From positions 1,375,854 to 1,439,853 of the forward strand of contig OZ245359.1 of NCBI GenBank assembly GCA_965226385.1: a stretch of DNA of 64,000 bases, read 5' to 3'. The notes under the pieces were generated by a model. It did no database searches. It worked only from the letters and a program-made list of their open reading frames with translations, and was not told where the DNA came from. Each line of letters opens with the position of its first letter. Position 1 is the first letter of the stretch. Of this stretch, positions 28,575 through 38,517 are shown one piece after another. Source of the stretch: Bryobacterales bacterium. GTDB taxonomy: Bacteria > Acidobacteriota > Terriglobia > Bryobacterales > UBA6623. A program made the position numbers and the translations under genes.

Positions 28575-29788
28575 CCCGAATAATTTTTATTGCAGTGTTG
28601 GCTGCGACACTTTGCGTTGATATACCAGTTTTTGCACAAGTTGCCATCCACGGAGATGTTGTCCACACTGCAGCCGGTGAGCCCCTGGACGACACCATCG
28701 TCCTGGTAGAGGATGGCAAGATCAGTGCTATTGGAGCCGCAGATGAGGTTTCTGTCCCGGATGGCTTCCGGATATTAAGAGCCAAAGTCGTCACTCCTGG
28801 TTTGATTGATGCCCGCTCGACCATTGGTGTGAGCGGTTATCTCAATGAGCCACATACACAGGACCAGTTTGAGAGGTCCCAGCCGATGCAGCCTGAGTTG
28901 CGTGCCATTGACGCCTACAACCCACGCGAGCCCCTGATCGAGTGGGCTCGTGGTTATGGAGTTACAACAATCCACACCGGCCATGCTCCCGGACCACTCA
29001 TCAGCGGGCAAACTGCCGTTGTAAAAACACGCGGTAAAACCGTCGACGAGGCCGTGATCAAACCTGTAGCGATGATCGCTGCCACATTTGGGGAAGGGGC
29101 CCGTGAAAGCAAGCCCAAAGCACCCGGGACAAGAGCGAAAATGGCAGCCATGCTGCGAAGCGAGTTCATCAAGGCCCGCGAGTACAAGTCCAAGCAATCC
29201 TCTGAAACAGAAGCGGACAAGCCAGCGCGTGATCTGCGTCTGGAGATGCTCGTAAAAATCCTGTCAGGTGAGTTGCCTCTACTGGTTACCGCACACCGCA
29301 CACAGGACCTGATGACTGTGCTTCGTATCCGATCCGAGTTCGATATACCGGTCGTTTTGGATGGCGCAACAGAAGCCTATGAAGTCCTTGATCAAATCCG
29401 GGACAGCGGGGTAGCAGTGATCGTCCATCCAACGATGATGCGGGCAAATGGTGAAACCGAAAACGCCAGTTTCGGAACCATTACCAAACTGTTTGAAGCC
29501 GGGATCCTGACAGCCCTGCAAGGAGGCTACGAAGGCTATGTTCCCAAGAGCCGACTCATTCTGTTTGAAGCAGGTATTGCAGCAGCCCATGGCCTGGGGT
29601 TTGACAATGCACTGCGTAGTATCACAATCAATGCCGCCAAAATACTGGGCGTCGACAGCCGAGTCGGATCCCTTGAAATCGGTAAGGATGGAGATTTTGC
29701 ACTTTACGATGGTGATCCGTTTGAATACACGACTCATTGCGTTGCAGTTGTTATAGAGGGTGATGTCGTCAGCGAAGAATCGCGATGA
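28571..29788 (+). CDS. Exported amidohydrolase-family protein with degenerate metal ligands
   Basis: Same fold motifs (VTPGLID, GSLEIGKDGDFAL), but the HxH is replaced by ARS. Start overlaps the upstream paralog's stop. Confidence 0.85.
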   Translation: MTRIIFIAVLAATLCVDIPVFAQVAIHGDVVHTAAGEPLDDTIVLVEDGKISAIGAADEVSVPDGFRILRAKVVTPGLIDARSTIGVSGYLNEPHTQDQFERSQPMQPELRAIDAYNPREPLIEWARGYGVTTIHTGHAPGPLISGQTAVVKTRGKTVDEAVIKPVAMIAATFGEGARESKPKAPGTRAKMAAMLRSEFIKAREYKSKQSSETEADKPARDLRLEMLVKILSGELPLLVTAHRTQDLMTVLRIRSEFDIPVVLDGATEAYEVLDQIRDSGVAVIVHPTMMRANGETENASFGTITKLFEAGILTALQGGYEGYVPKSRLILFEAGIAAAHGLGFDNALRSITINAAKILGVDSRVGSLEIGKDGDFALYDGDPFEYTTHCVAVVIEGDVVSEESR

Positions 29789-30786
29789 AACTCGTTCTGT
29801 ACCCAGCAGTCGAAGCCCGACGTCTTCAGCAAATTAAAGCAGTCGCAGTCCCCATGCATGTAGTCAACTGCGTTACCGAGGTGGATGCGACAAGGGAAGC
29901 AACCGATGCAGATGCCTTTTTTGGCAAGATCACTCCCGGGATCCTGGCTGTAGCCAGTCAAATGCGCTGGGTACAGTCCCCCACTGCCAGTCTTGAGCAC
30001 TACATCTTTCCGGAACTGGCCAATCACTCTCTACAGCTCACCAACATGCGCGGGCTGTTTCATGACAATATCGCTGACCATGTATTCGGCTACATGCTTT
30101 GCTTTGCCCGCAACCTGCACCACTACATCCGGTTGCAGTCCCAAAATACCTGGAAGCCGTTTGGAGGCAAGAAGGAAGGGCAGGTATTCTTCAGCGGACC
30201 TGCCATCACAACTGGTGTCGATCTTGCGCATACAACGCTTTCAGATGCCACGCTTGGCGTGATCGGGCTGGGTTCAATTGGCAGTGAAATTGCTCGACGG
30301 GGTGTATGTTTCGGGATGAGAGTAGTCGCTGTCGACAGTAATCCACGCAAAAAACCTGCAGGTGTTGATAAGCTCTGGAGTACCGACCAGTTGAACGATT
30401 TACTCAAGCAAAGCGACTACGTAGTAATTGCCGCTCCTCATACTCCACAGACCGAAAAGTTGTTTCGTGCGTCACAGTTCTCCCGGATGAAATCCAGCGC
30501 CATTCTCATCAACATAGGACGAGGTGTCATTGTCGATCTCATGGATCTTGTTGCAGCGCTCAGGACTCAGGAAATCGGGGGCGCTGCCCTTGATGTCTTT
30601 GAGACCGAACCACTACCTGCTGACCACCCGCTCTGGGGTTTTGACAACGTCATCCTGACTCCTCATGTTTCCGGGCACTCTCCCCGAATTGCAGAGCGGC
30701 ACCTGAACATACTACTTGCCAACATTCGCCACTTCAAAAGAGAAGAACCACTCGTGAATGTTGTCGACAAGTACAACTGGTTCTAG
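29785..30786 (+). CDS. D-2-hydroxyacid dehydrogenase (NAD-dependent)
   Basis: GVIGLGSIG, LINIGRG, ALDVFETEPLP, LTPHVSG. Confidence 0.93.
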   Translation: MKLVLYPAVEARRLQQIKAVAVPMHVVNCVTEVDATREATDADAFFGKITPGILAVASQMRWVQSPTASLEHYIFPELANHSLQLTNMRGLFHDNIADHVFGYMLCFARNLHHYIRLQSQNTWKPFGGKKEGQVFFSGPAITTGVDLAHTTLSDATLGVIGLGSIGSEIARRGVCFGMRVVAVDSNPRKKPAGVDKLWSTDQLNDLLKQSDYVVIAAPHTPQTEKLFRASQFSRMKSSAILINIGRGVIVDLMDLVAALRTQEIGGAALDVFETEPLPADHPLWGFDNVILTPHVSGHSPRIAERHLNILLANIRHFKREEPLVNVVDKYNWF

Positions 30787-30790
30787 CTGC

Positions 30791-31810
30791 TCACCGATTC
30801 GCTCTTAATACGTAGTTGCGCTCGTAGAACTGCTTGTACTCTCCCGAAAGTACATGGGAAACCCACTCGGAATTCTGGCGATACCACTCAATCGTTAACT
30901 GCAATCCCGTCTCGAATTCAACTTCTGGCTGCCATCCCGTCTGGGCAGTAATCTTCGCACTGGTCAGTGCATAACGCCGATCATGACCTGGGCGGTCTGG
31001 CACATGTGTTACCAGAGACTCAGGCTTGCCACAGATCTGCAGAATTTTACGCACTACTTCCAGGTTCGGGATAACACAGTTGCCTGAGATGTTATAAATC
31101 TCTCCTACACGGCCCTTCTCGATCACCGCATCAATTGCACGGCAATGATCATCGACATAAAGCCAGTCACGCTCGTTCAGACCATCTCCATAAACAGGCA
31201 AGGCTTTCTCTTCCAGTGCACGTGAAATCATCAGCGGGATCAGCTTTTCCGGAAACTGGAAAGGGCCATAGTTGTTTGAACAGCGTGTCACAACCACTGG
31301 TAATGAAAAAGTTTTGAAGTAGGAGAGCACCAGCAGGTCCGATCCAGCCTTTGATGCTGAATAGGGACTCGAAGCACGGAGCGGTGAATCTTCATTTGCT
31401 ACTGCAGGTGGCTCAATACTCCCATAGACTTCATCGGATGAGATGTACAGGAATAGCCGTGGAGTGTATCTCTGTGAAACTTCCAGCAGTACGGCAGTTC
31501 CAAGCAGGTTTGTGCCTACTGCACTGGCTGGGTCAATGATGCTGCGGTCAACATGGGATTCGGCAGCAAAGTGAACCACAACTTCAGGTTGATAACAGCG
31601 GAATACATCGTGCATCCCATCCGCATCACGGATATCCTTGTGTTCAAATTGAAACCCGGGAAGTTCTGCAACCTCTGACAGGTTCTCCAGATTTCCGGCA
31701 TAGGTGAGTGCATCCACTACACACACCTCGGCATCGGGCCGATTCTGAAACGTCCATCTCACAAACGCGGAGCCAATGAATCCGGCTCCACCTGTGACCA
31801 GGATTTTCAC
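30791..31810 (-). CDS. rfbB: dTDP-glucose 4,6-dehydratase
   Basis: VTGGAGFIGS, HFAAESHVDRSI, SSDEVYG, PYSASKA, RCSNNYGPFQFPEKLIP. Confidence 0.96.
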   Translation of the reverse strand: MKILVTGGAGFIGSAFVRWTFQNRPDAEVCVVDALTYAGNLENLSEVAELPGFQFEHKDIRDADGMHDVFRCYQPEVVVHFAAESHVDRSIIDPASAVGTNLLGTAVLLEVSQRYTPRLFLYISSDEVYGSIEPPAVANEDSPLRASSPYSASKAGSDLLVLSYFKTFSLPVVVTRCSNNYGPFQFPEKLIPLMISRALEEKALPVYGDGLNERDWLYVDDHCRAIDAVIEKGRVGEIYNISGNCVIPNLEVVRKILQICGKPESLVTHVPDRPGHDRRYALTSAKITAQTGWQPEVEFETGLQLTIEWYRQNSEWVSHVLSGEYKQFYERNYVLRANR

Positions 31811-32370
31811 TTGTGCTGGAACTCCCAGTCGTATGCCAGGTGCGGACTATCATACGGAATGCGTCCTTCATCCGAAGGATCGTAATGCCGGTCCGTCACA
31901 TAGACCAACATGGCCGGGGAATCACCAATTACCTTATAGCCATGAGCAACACCGGGTGGCACCAGCAGTTGCCATGGGCGCAATTCACCCACATAAAATG
32001 TGTTGCGCACTCCAAATGTCGGCGAGCCTTCCCTGAGGTCTGCAACCACTACCTGCAACATACCATTGCCCGGTACCCACAAGTCCGTCTGAAACATGTG
32101 GTAATGGAAGGCCTTGATCGTAGCCGGGTAGTTCTGAGCTGCAGAAACCTGTGTGGTTTCCGGTGGGAATGCTTTGGAAAGCCCCTGCCCTAAGCGGGCA
32201 ACTTCAAAAAAATATCCCCGGTCATCTGGCCAGAGAGAGAATTCTTCTACCCTTACACCAGCAATTAACTGGGCTGAGTCGGGCTGAAGGATGACTTCAC
32301 CAATGCCCTTTTCACACTGAGGCAGACTAGCCCGAATCCCATTGGACTCCCGAAGCAGTTCTCTGCCCAA
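31807..32370 (-). CDS. rfbC: dTDP-4-dehydrorhamnose 3,5-epimerase family protein
   Basis: DDRGYFFE, AFHYH, DLREGSPTFG, VPPGVAHGY. Confidence 0.88.
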   Translation of the reverse strand: MGRELLRESNGIRASLPQCEKGIGEVILQPDSAQLIAGVRVEEFSLWPDDRGYFFEVARLGQGLSKAFPPETTQVSAAQNYPATIKAFHYHMFQTDLWVPGNGMLQVVVADLREGSPTFGVRNTFYVGELRPWQLLVPPGVAHGYKVIGDSPAMLVYVTDRHYDPSDEGRIPYDSPHLAYDWEFQHK

Positions 32371-32393
32371 ACCGGACTCCTACCCAATCACCT

Positions 32394-33437
32394 TCAGACT
32401 ATAGCGTAGACCTGCTGCAGTCGATTCGCCTTCCAGAGTTCGACATAAGGCTTCAAGTCGTAAATGGTCTGCTTGAACTGTTCAAAAGTCAATGACTGTG
32501 CACCATCACTCCAGGCACGTTCCGGGTCCGGGTGAATCTCGATCATGATCCCGTCCGCACCGACTGCAGCAGCTGCCCTTGTCAGCGGCGGAATCAGCTT
32601 CCGCTTGCCAGTCGCATGTGCAGGATCCAGGATGATAGGCAAGTGTGTCAAATCGTTCAGAACGGGCACGGCATTGATGTCGAGTGTATTGCGGGTCGCT
32701 GTCTCGAACGTACGAATACCCCGCTCACACAGGATGACGTTAGGGTTACCGTTCGAGACGATGTACTCTGCCGATAGCAGGAATTCCTCAATGGTTGCAG
32801 CCTGCCCGCGCTTGAGCATAACTGGAGTCTTTGTTACGGCTCCTACTTCCTTGAGCAATGGGAAGTTCTGCATGTTGCGCGCACCGATCTGGAGAACATC
32901 TGTATAACTTGCCACCAAATCGACATTCTGAACCGTCATGACTTCCGTAATGACCTGCAGTCCGTAAGCATCTGCTGCCTGACGCAGCAACTTGAGTCCT
33001 ACATCTTCCAGACCCTGGAAACTGTACGGACTTGATCGGGGCTTGTAGGCACCACCACGAAGGAACCGAGCTCCGGATGCAGCAACTACAGCTGCACAAG
33101 CCATGATCTGCTCTTCTGTCTCCACAGAGCATGGACCTGCAATTACAACGAATTCGTCTCCGCCAACTGAAGTATTTCCGACAGTCACCACCGTGCGGTC
33201 ACTTTTGACTTGACGACTGACCAGCTTGTAGGGAGCGGTAATAGGCACCCCGTTTTCAACACCCTCGACTGAGCACAGTGCATCGATCGCATGAGTCACA
33301 TCACCAATACCAACCGCAGCAATTACGACTCGCTCATCACCCTGGATGGAATGAACCTTCAAATTCATTTCCTTGATCCGCTCACACACGCGTTCGATCT
33401 GCACCTGCGATGCTCCTAGCTTCATCGAAATAATCAT
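32394..33437 (-). CDS. aroF: DAHP synthase, class I-beta, with N-terminal regulatory domain
   Basis: [47 protein letters not shown]. Confidence 0.95.
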   Translation of the reverse strand: MIISMKLGASQVQIERVCERIKEMNLKVHSIQGDERVVIAAVGIGDVTHAIDALCSVEGVENGVPITAPYKLVSRQVKSDRTVVTVGNTSVGGDEFVVIAGPCSVETEEQIMACAAVVAASGARFLRGGAYKPRSSPYSFQGLEDVGLKLLRQAADAYGLQVITEVMTVQNVDLVASYTDVLQIGARNMQNFPLLKEVGAVTKTPVMLKRGQAATIEEFLLSAEYIVSNGNPNVILCERGIRTFETATRNTLDINAVPVLNDLTHLPIILDPAHATGKRKLIPPLTRAAAAVGADGIMIEIHPDPERAWSDGAQSLTFEQFKQTIYDLKPYVELWKANRLQQVYAIV

Positions 33438-33881
33438 TTATTCAACCTTCGGATTCAGAATCCTGATAGATAATACAAGAAATTTCCCAGATGCAGGCGA
33501 TCCAACTGCACGTCAAGTTAAACAATTGTGAACCAGAAGCGATTCTGAGCAAGCATGCCCAGTTTGAGCGGCATCGTAAAGGCGATTCCATTCCCGCAAC
33601 GAAGCCGTTAAACTGCTGTTGAGTTTAAAGCCAAGCATTACACTTAGCTTTGGAAGTATTTTATCTTACATGCGTTTAGTCGGCTTGTCCACAACAGCTT
33701 GCATAAATCTGGTTCGGCCCATGAATCAGCTTCATGATTCGCACCACTGGCCATGTGGCCAGCGATTCCTGAAATTCAGACTGTTTTGCTATAGCCACAC
33801 GAATCGCCTCAATCGCATATTTTCCAATACTTTGGACATCTGCTCGTCCAGCAAATTCTCGTTTGGGCGGGTTGTGTTCTG

Positions 33882-36359
33882 ATGCTTCCGTCTACATCCG
33901 CAAGTGCAACTCTAGCAATTGAAGGGATGACTTGTGATCATTGCAGGCAATCAGTAGAGCACAGCCTACTTGAAACTCCAGGTGTGCAATCAGCCACCGT
34001 CAACCTTCAGTCAAACTCTGCCCAAGTGGAATACGATCCTGCTGTAGCAGATATTTCTGATCTGGAAGAAGCCATAAATTCAGCAGGATACAGCTTGCTT
34101 CCCAGTGAACTGCAACTACTAATTCCCGCTTCCGCATCTGCTCCAACCAAAGAAGCCCTTATAGGCACGAGGGAACACACACTCGCAATTCAAGGCATGA
34201 CATGTGCAAGCTGCGTACAGTCCGTTGAGAACGCAGTCATGAAGGTGCCAGGGGTAGTCTTCTGCGAGGTAAACCTGGCCAGCGAATCAGCAAGTCTGCA
34301 GTTTGAACCATATGTGGAAAGCATCACTGACGTTATACAGGCAGTACATGGTGCAGGCTACAAAGCAAGTATTCAGAGTGCAGAAACAATAATTCCTTTG
34401 GAAAGTCTCGAGTACGGGAGCCTCAAGCAGAGACTCCAGATATCAGCATTGCTGAGTATTCCATTACTGGTGCTGGCCATGTCTCATGGTCGACTGGATT
34501 TCATGCACTCTGTCTGGGTGCAGATGGCATTGGCTACGATTGTCGTCGTCTATGGTGGCGCACCTTTCTACAGGGGGGCATGGATAGCACTGAAACACCT
34601 GCGTGCCGACATGAACACTTTGATTGCCATAGGCACCGGGTCCGCATTTCTTTACAGTCTCACTGCCACCCTGGCAAGCAACCCAGTTACGCCCGTTCAA
34701 GTCTATTTCGAGACTTCTGCCGCCATCATCACTCTGGTGCTACTTGGCCGTTTGCTCGAAGCCCGTTCCCGTCAAAGGACAACGAATTCGATTTGCAAAC
34801 TTTTTGCGTTACAGGCAGTTACTACCCATATCCGCCGTAATGGACAGGACCAGGATGTGCCGTTACAAAAGGTGGTCGTCGGAGATATAGTACTGGTCCA
34901 TCCTGGAGAGAAAATCCCGGTTGATGGCAAAGTGATTGAAGGCACAGGAGCAGTCGATGAATCATCATTGACTGGCGAGAGCCTGCCAGTCGACAAAAAG
35001 CCCGGATCAAACTTGGTCAGTGGTTCCCTGAACAAGGATGGATTTTTTGTTTTCCGTGCTGAGAGCGTTGGAAAAGATACAGTGCTGTCTCGCATGATCG
35101 CCTATGTGCAACGTGCACAGGGTTCGAAAGCTCCAGCTGCCCAACTCGCTGACAGGATTTCTGCTGTTTTTGTCCCAATCATCCTGCTGGTTGCCGTGCT
35201 GACTTTTGCGGTCTGGTTCATCGTTTCTCCCTTTGACGAACGCTTTCAAATGGCCATAACCAGTGCGGTGGCTGTACTGGTCATTGCCTGCCCCTGTGCT
35301 TTGGGATTGGCAACTCCTGCCGCGCTGACAGTAGGAATCGGACGAGCAGCTGAATGCAACATACTGATCCGTGACGGTGCAGCACTGGAAGCTACCGGAA
35401 AAATCGACACCGTCGTTTTCGATAAGACCGGAACGATTACAAGTGGAAAGTTCCACCTGTCTGATATCAAGACATTCGGGGATTTGAGTAAAGAGCAACT
35501 ACTTTCAGCGACAGCCGCCATTGAGAGCCGCAGTGAGCACCCGTTGGCACAACCACTGGCTGCCACCAACAGTGGATCTGGCCTGGTTGTGAAGGAGTAT
35601 CGAACCCTGCCGGGTTCCGGAGTCAGTGCAAAAATACATGGCGATTCCTGGTTAATAGGTAAACCGGACTTGCTCAAGGTTCAGGGCATTGATATTACTG
35701 CCGCAAATGCAATGTTGGAGAGTTCCTTTCAGCAAGGCAAAACAATCATTCTCTCCGCCAAAAACAACTTGCTGGCAGGAGGCTTTGCACTGACAGATAC
35801 ATTGCATCCAGACGCCATTAATGCAGTCAAGGCCCTGCAAGCCAGAAACCTACGCACCATCATGATCAGTGGAGACAACGAGGCTTCTGCGAAAGCTGCT
35901 GCATCTCAAGTCGGGATTACTGATGTACTCGCTTCGGTACAGCCAACCGAGAAAGCGGACGCTATCCAACGTCTCCAGAAAGGTGGCAGCAAAGTGGCAA
36001 TGGTAGGTGACGGGATCAACGATGCTCCGGCACTTACCCAGTCTGATTTGGGAATTGCCATTGGAGCAGGAACCGATATTGCAATCGAATGTGCTGGCAT
36101 TATCCTGGTCAACAGCACACCAAGGGATGTTGATCGAGCAATAGAACTTTCCAGGCGTACATCAAGGACTATCCAACAGAATTACTTCTGGGCATTTGCA
36201 TACAACTTGCTCGGAGTGCCAATTGCAGCCGGAGTCTTGTTCCCCTGGACAGGGCTGTTGCTCTCGCCTGTCCTTGCTTCTGCAGCCATGGTGTTGTCCA
36301 GTTTGTCAGTGATTTCAAACAGCCTGCGTCTAAAAAGGGCACTCAAAACGACACTATGA
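33882..36359 (+). CDS. copA: Cu(I)-translocating P1B-type ATPase with two HMA domains
   Basis: GMTCDHC, GMTCASC, TGES, CPC, DKTGT, SEHP, GDGINDAP, YN and MxxSS ligands. Confidence 0.95.
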   Translation: MLPSTSASATLAIEGMTCDHCRQSVEHSLLETPGVQSATVNLQSNSAQVEYDPAVADISDLEEAINSAGYSLLPSELQLLIPASASAPTKEALIGTREHTLAIQGMTCASCVQSVENAVMKVPGVVFCEVNLASESASLQFEPYVESITDVIQAVHGAGYKASIQSAETIIPLESLEYGSLKQRLQISALLSIPLLVLAMSHGRLDFMHSVWVQMALATIVVVYGGAPFYRGAWIALKHLRADMNTLIAIGTGSAFLYSLTATLASNPVTPVQVYFETSAAIITLVLLGRLLEARSRQRTTNSICKLFALQAVTTHIRRNGQDQDVPLQKVVVGDIVLVHPGEKIPVDGKVIEGTGAVDESSLTGESLPVDKKPGSNLVSGSLNKDGFFVFRAESVGKDTVLSRMIAYVQRAQGSKAPAAQLADRISAVFVPIILLVAVLTFAVWFIVSPFDERFQMAITSAVAVLVIACPCALGLATPAALTVGIGRAAECNILIRDGAALEATGKIDTVVFDKTGTITSGKFHLSDIKTFGDLSKEQLLSATAAIESRSEHPLAQPLAATNSGSGLVVKEYRTLPGSGVSAKIHGDSWLIGKPDLLKVQGIDITAANAMLESSFQQGKTIILSAKNNLLAGGFALTDTLHPDAINAVKALQARNLRTIMISGDNEASAKAAASQVGITDVLASVQPTEKADAIQRLQKGGSKVAMVGDGINDAPALTQSDLGIAIGAGTDIAIECAGIILVNSTPRDVDRAIELSRRTSRTIQQNYFWAFAYNLLGVPIAAGVLFPWTGLLLSPVLASAAMVLSSLSVISNSLRLKRALKTTL

Positions 36360-36366
36360 ATTACTA

Positions 36367-36385
36367 CGGATTCTTGAAGAATCCG
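36367..36385. other. Perfect 9-1-9 palindrome just after the copA stop (possible terminator hairpin or operator)
   Basis: CGGATTCTT-G-AAGAATCCG; no U-tract follows. Confidence 0.5.
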
Positions 36386-36455
36386 AGCGCTCCAAACTGA
36401 GGATTTTGAATACAGCTAGGGATTCTTAGCCATTGCCTAGTAAAATAGTTATTCT

Positions 36456-37772
36456 GTGCCTGGAATCGGGGTTGGCATCATCGGGTTAGGTAACGTTGGC
36501 GGCGGGACACTGCGCCTGCTGCATGATAATGCTGCATCCATAGAGAATAAGCTTGGGTTTCCACTTGAAGTGCGTGCTGTGTGTTCGCGTCAGGTGATGG
36601 ACAATCCGGCTGAGACAGCCAACTTACACCCACAAGCATTCCGGACCAATGACTGGAAGGAGCTTATCGCCCGGTCTGATGTGCAGATCGTTGCTGAACT
36701 CATTGGCGGGACAACAACGGCGGGAAATATCATCACCACTGCGATCGACGCCAACAAGTCGGTGGTAACTGCAAACAAGGAACTGATTGCCGAACAAGGG
36801 GCTGAGTTGTGGTACCAAGCCAGTAAGCAAGGCGTCGGATTGGCAATGGAAGCCTCAGTTGGAGGTGGAATTCCTCTGCTGACAGCCTTGCGGGAAGGCA
36901 TAGCTGGTGACAGTATCGATGCCATGATGGGGATTCTGAATGGCACATCGAATTACATCCTTACTGAAATCGAACGCACTGGAGCTCCACTAGAAAATGT
37001 CCTGCGACAAGCACAGGAGCTTGGGTACGCAGAAGCTGAGCCGAGTGCAGACATTGACGGTTACGATGCTCGATCCAAACTTGCCATCCTGGCTGCTTTG
37101 GCTTTTGGTGTAAAGGTCTCTCCTGTAGACATTCCTATCGTTGGTATACGTCGAATCTTAAGCATTGATTTCGCCTATGCCAAACGGCTAGGACATACTA
37201 TACGCCTGCTTGCCACCGCCAGACAAAGCCCCGAGGGGTTACGCCTGGCCGTACGTCCTGCACTGGTTGAGAGAAGCACCATACTGTCCAAAGTCACAGG
37301 GTCTTACAACGCCCTTTGGGTGCACGGCCAAGGTGGGGATACGTTTTACTACGGTCGGGGAGCTGGAGGCGCTCCTACAGGAGTTGCAGTTGTCAGTGAC
37401 CTGATGTCTATGGCAAGGGGTATTCATTCAAAAGGGCTTGCCGGTGTTACACCATTTGCTCACCCAGCTCTTAGCCCCTACTCTCCAGTCTCATCAGATA
37501 GTGAGGAGCGCCAGTTCTACCTGCGCTTTCGTGTCATGGACAGACCAGGAATCCTTGCCAAACTGGCCGCCATTCTGGCTGATCAAGGTGTCAGTATCGA
37601 TGCTGTCCTGCAGGAACCACGTTTTGACAAGCAGGACCTGCCGTTCGTTACCACGGTCGAAAAAACTAGCCGCAAATCTTTGGGAATCGCACTTGAAGCA
37701 ATGCGCGGTCTGGATTTCCTGATTGATGATCCATTGTCCCTGCCAATGGAATCTGGCTTGATGGATATTTGA
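36456..37772 (+). CDS. hom: Homoserine dehydrogenase with C-terminal ACT domain
   Basis: GIIGLGNVGGG, VVTANK, EASVGGGIP, GILNGTSNYIL, DRPGILA. Confidence 0.96.
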   Translation: MPGIGVGIIGLGNVGGGTLRLLHDNAASIENKLGFPLEVRAVCSRQVMDNPAETANLHPQAFRTNDWKELIARSDVQIVAELIGGTTTAGNIITTAIDANKSVVTANKELIAEQGAELWYQASKQGVGLAMEASVGGGIPLLTALREGIAGDSIDAMMGILNGTSNYILTEIERTGAPLENVLRQAQELGYAEAEPSADIDGYDARSKLAILAALAFGVKVSPVDIPIVGIRRILSIDFAYAKRLGHTIRLLATARQSPEGLRLAVRPALVERSTILSKVTGSYNALWVHGQGGDTFYYGRGAGGAPTGVAVVSDLMSMARGIHSKGLAGVTPFAHPALSPYSPVSSDSEERQFYLRFRVMDRPGILAKLAAILADQGVSIDAVLQEPRFDKQDLPFVTTVEKTSRKSLGIALEAMRGLDFLIDDPLSLPMESGLMDI

Positions 37773-37919
37773 TCTGGTACAGGATGGATCCTCCCTGTTA
37801 CACAGATCTCAAAAACCAGTTTCAAGAACACAGTTTGCTCTCATTCCAGGAAATCAAGTGTGTGCCACAGCCCAACATTGGTTGTGGTTGGGCCGAGTCC
37901 CAGATCTATGGCTAATGTT

Positions 37920-38419
37920 TTACACCAGACTTAAATTCCGCAATGTCTGTATAACCATAGTGGCACCCTCGGAAAGAATAGCGGCAGCTAAAATACAGAT
38001 CAAGGCCCATCCCATCCTCTTTTGAGCGCATAATTCTGTAAAAATGCCATCAATCTTTCCTCAAGAGTTTCAAATTTGAAATCGATTAGTTTGAATTTCT
38101 CCTCAACAGCAGAAAAGCGTTTATTCATCTCGGTACACAGTTTGCTGAACTTCTAGTCAACTGCAGAGAAACGTGTGTTCATCACATCTCACAGCCTGTC
38201 AATTTTCTCATCAACGACAGCGAAACGACCAGCCATCTCGGGGCGGACACTCTCACTGACAATATCCTTGATTGATTCAACTGCATCTTGAACCAAATCC
38301 GGTTCAGCGTTCGCCAACCGTAGCGCATCAAAAATTGGCTTGGCTGGCACTTGAGTTGTCTTTTTGGAGATCTCTTGTGTTCTGTGCATCATAACCTGTA
38401 AGACGTCTGCAATACACAT
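37920..38419 (-). pseudogene. Degraded coiled-coil repeat protein with a C-terminal membrane anchor (DUF1640/Bdr-like architecture)
   Basis: Read through two stops (38189-38191, 38153-38155): EMAGRFAVVDEKIDRL*DVMNTRFSAVD*KFSKLCTEMNKRFSAVEEKF. After a frameshift: MGWALICILAAAILSEGATMVIQTLRNLSLV*. Confidence 0.65.
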
Positions 38420-38517
38420 TATGAATATAGTTTCAGTACTAATATTGATAGTTGTCTTGCCGGAACTGAATAAACCGCAGTACTGACTGATTCCCTCGAC
38501 ACATTAGCCAGAGGCTG

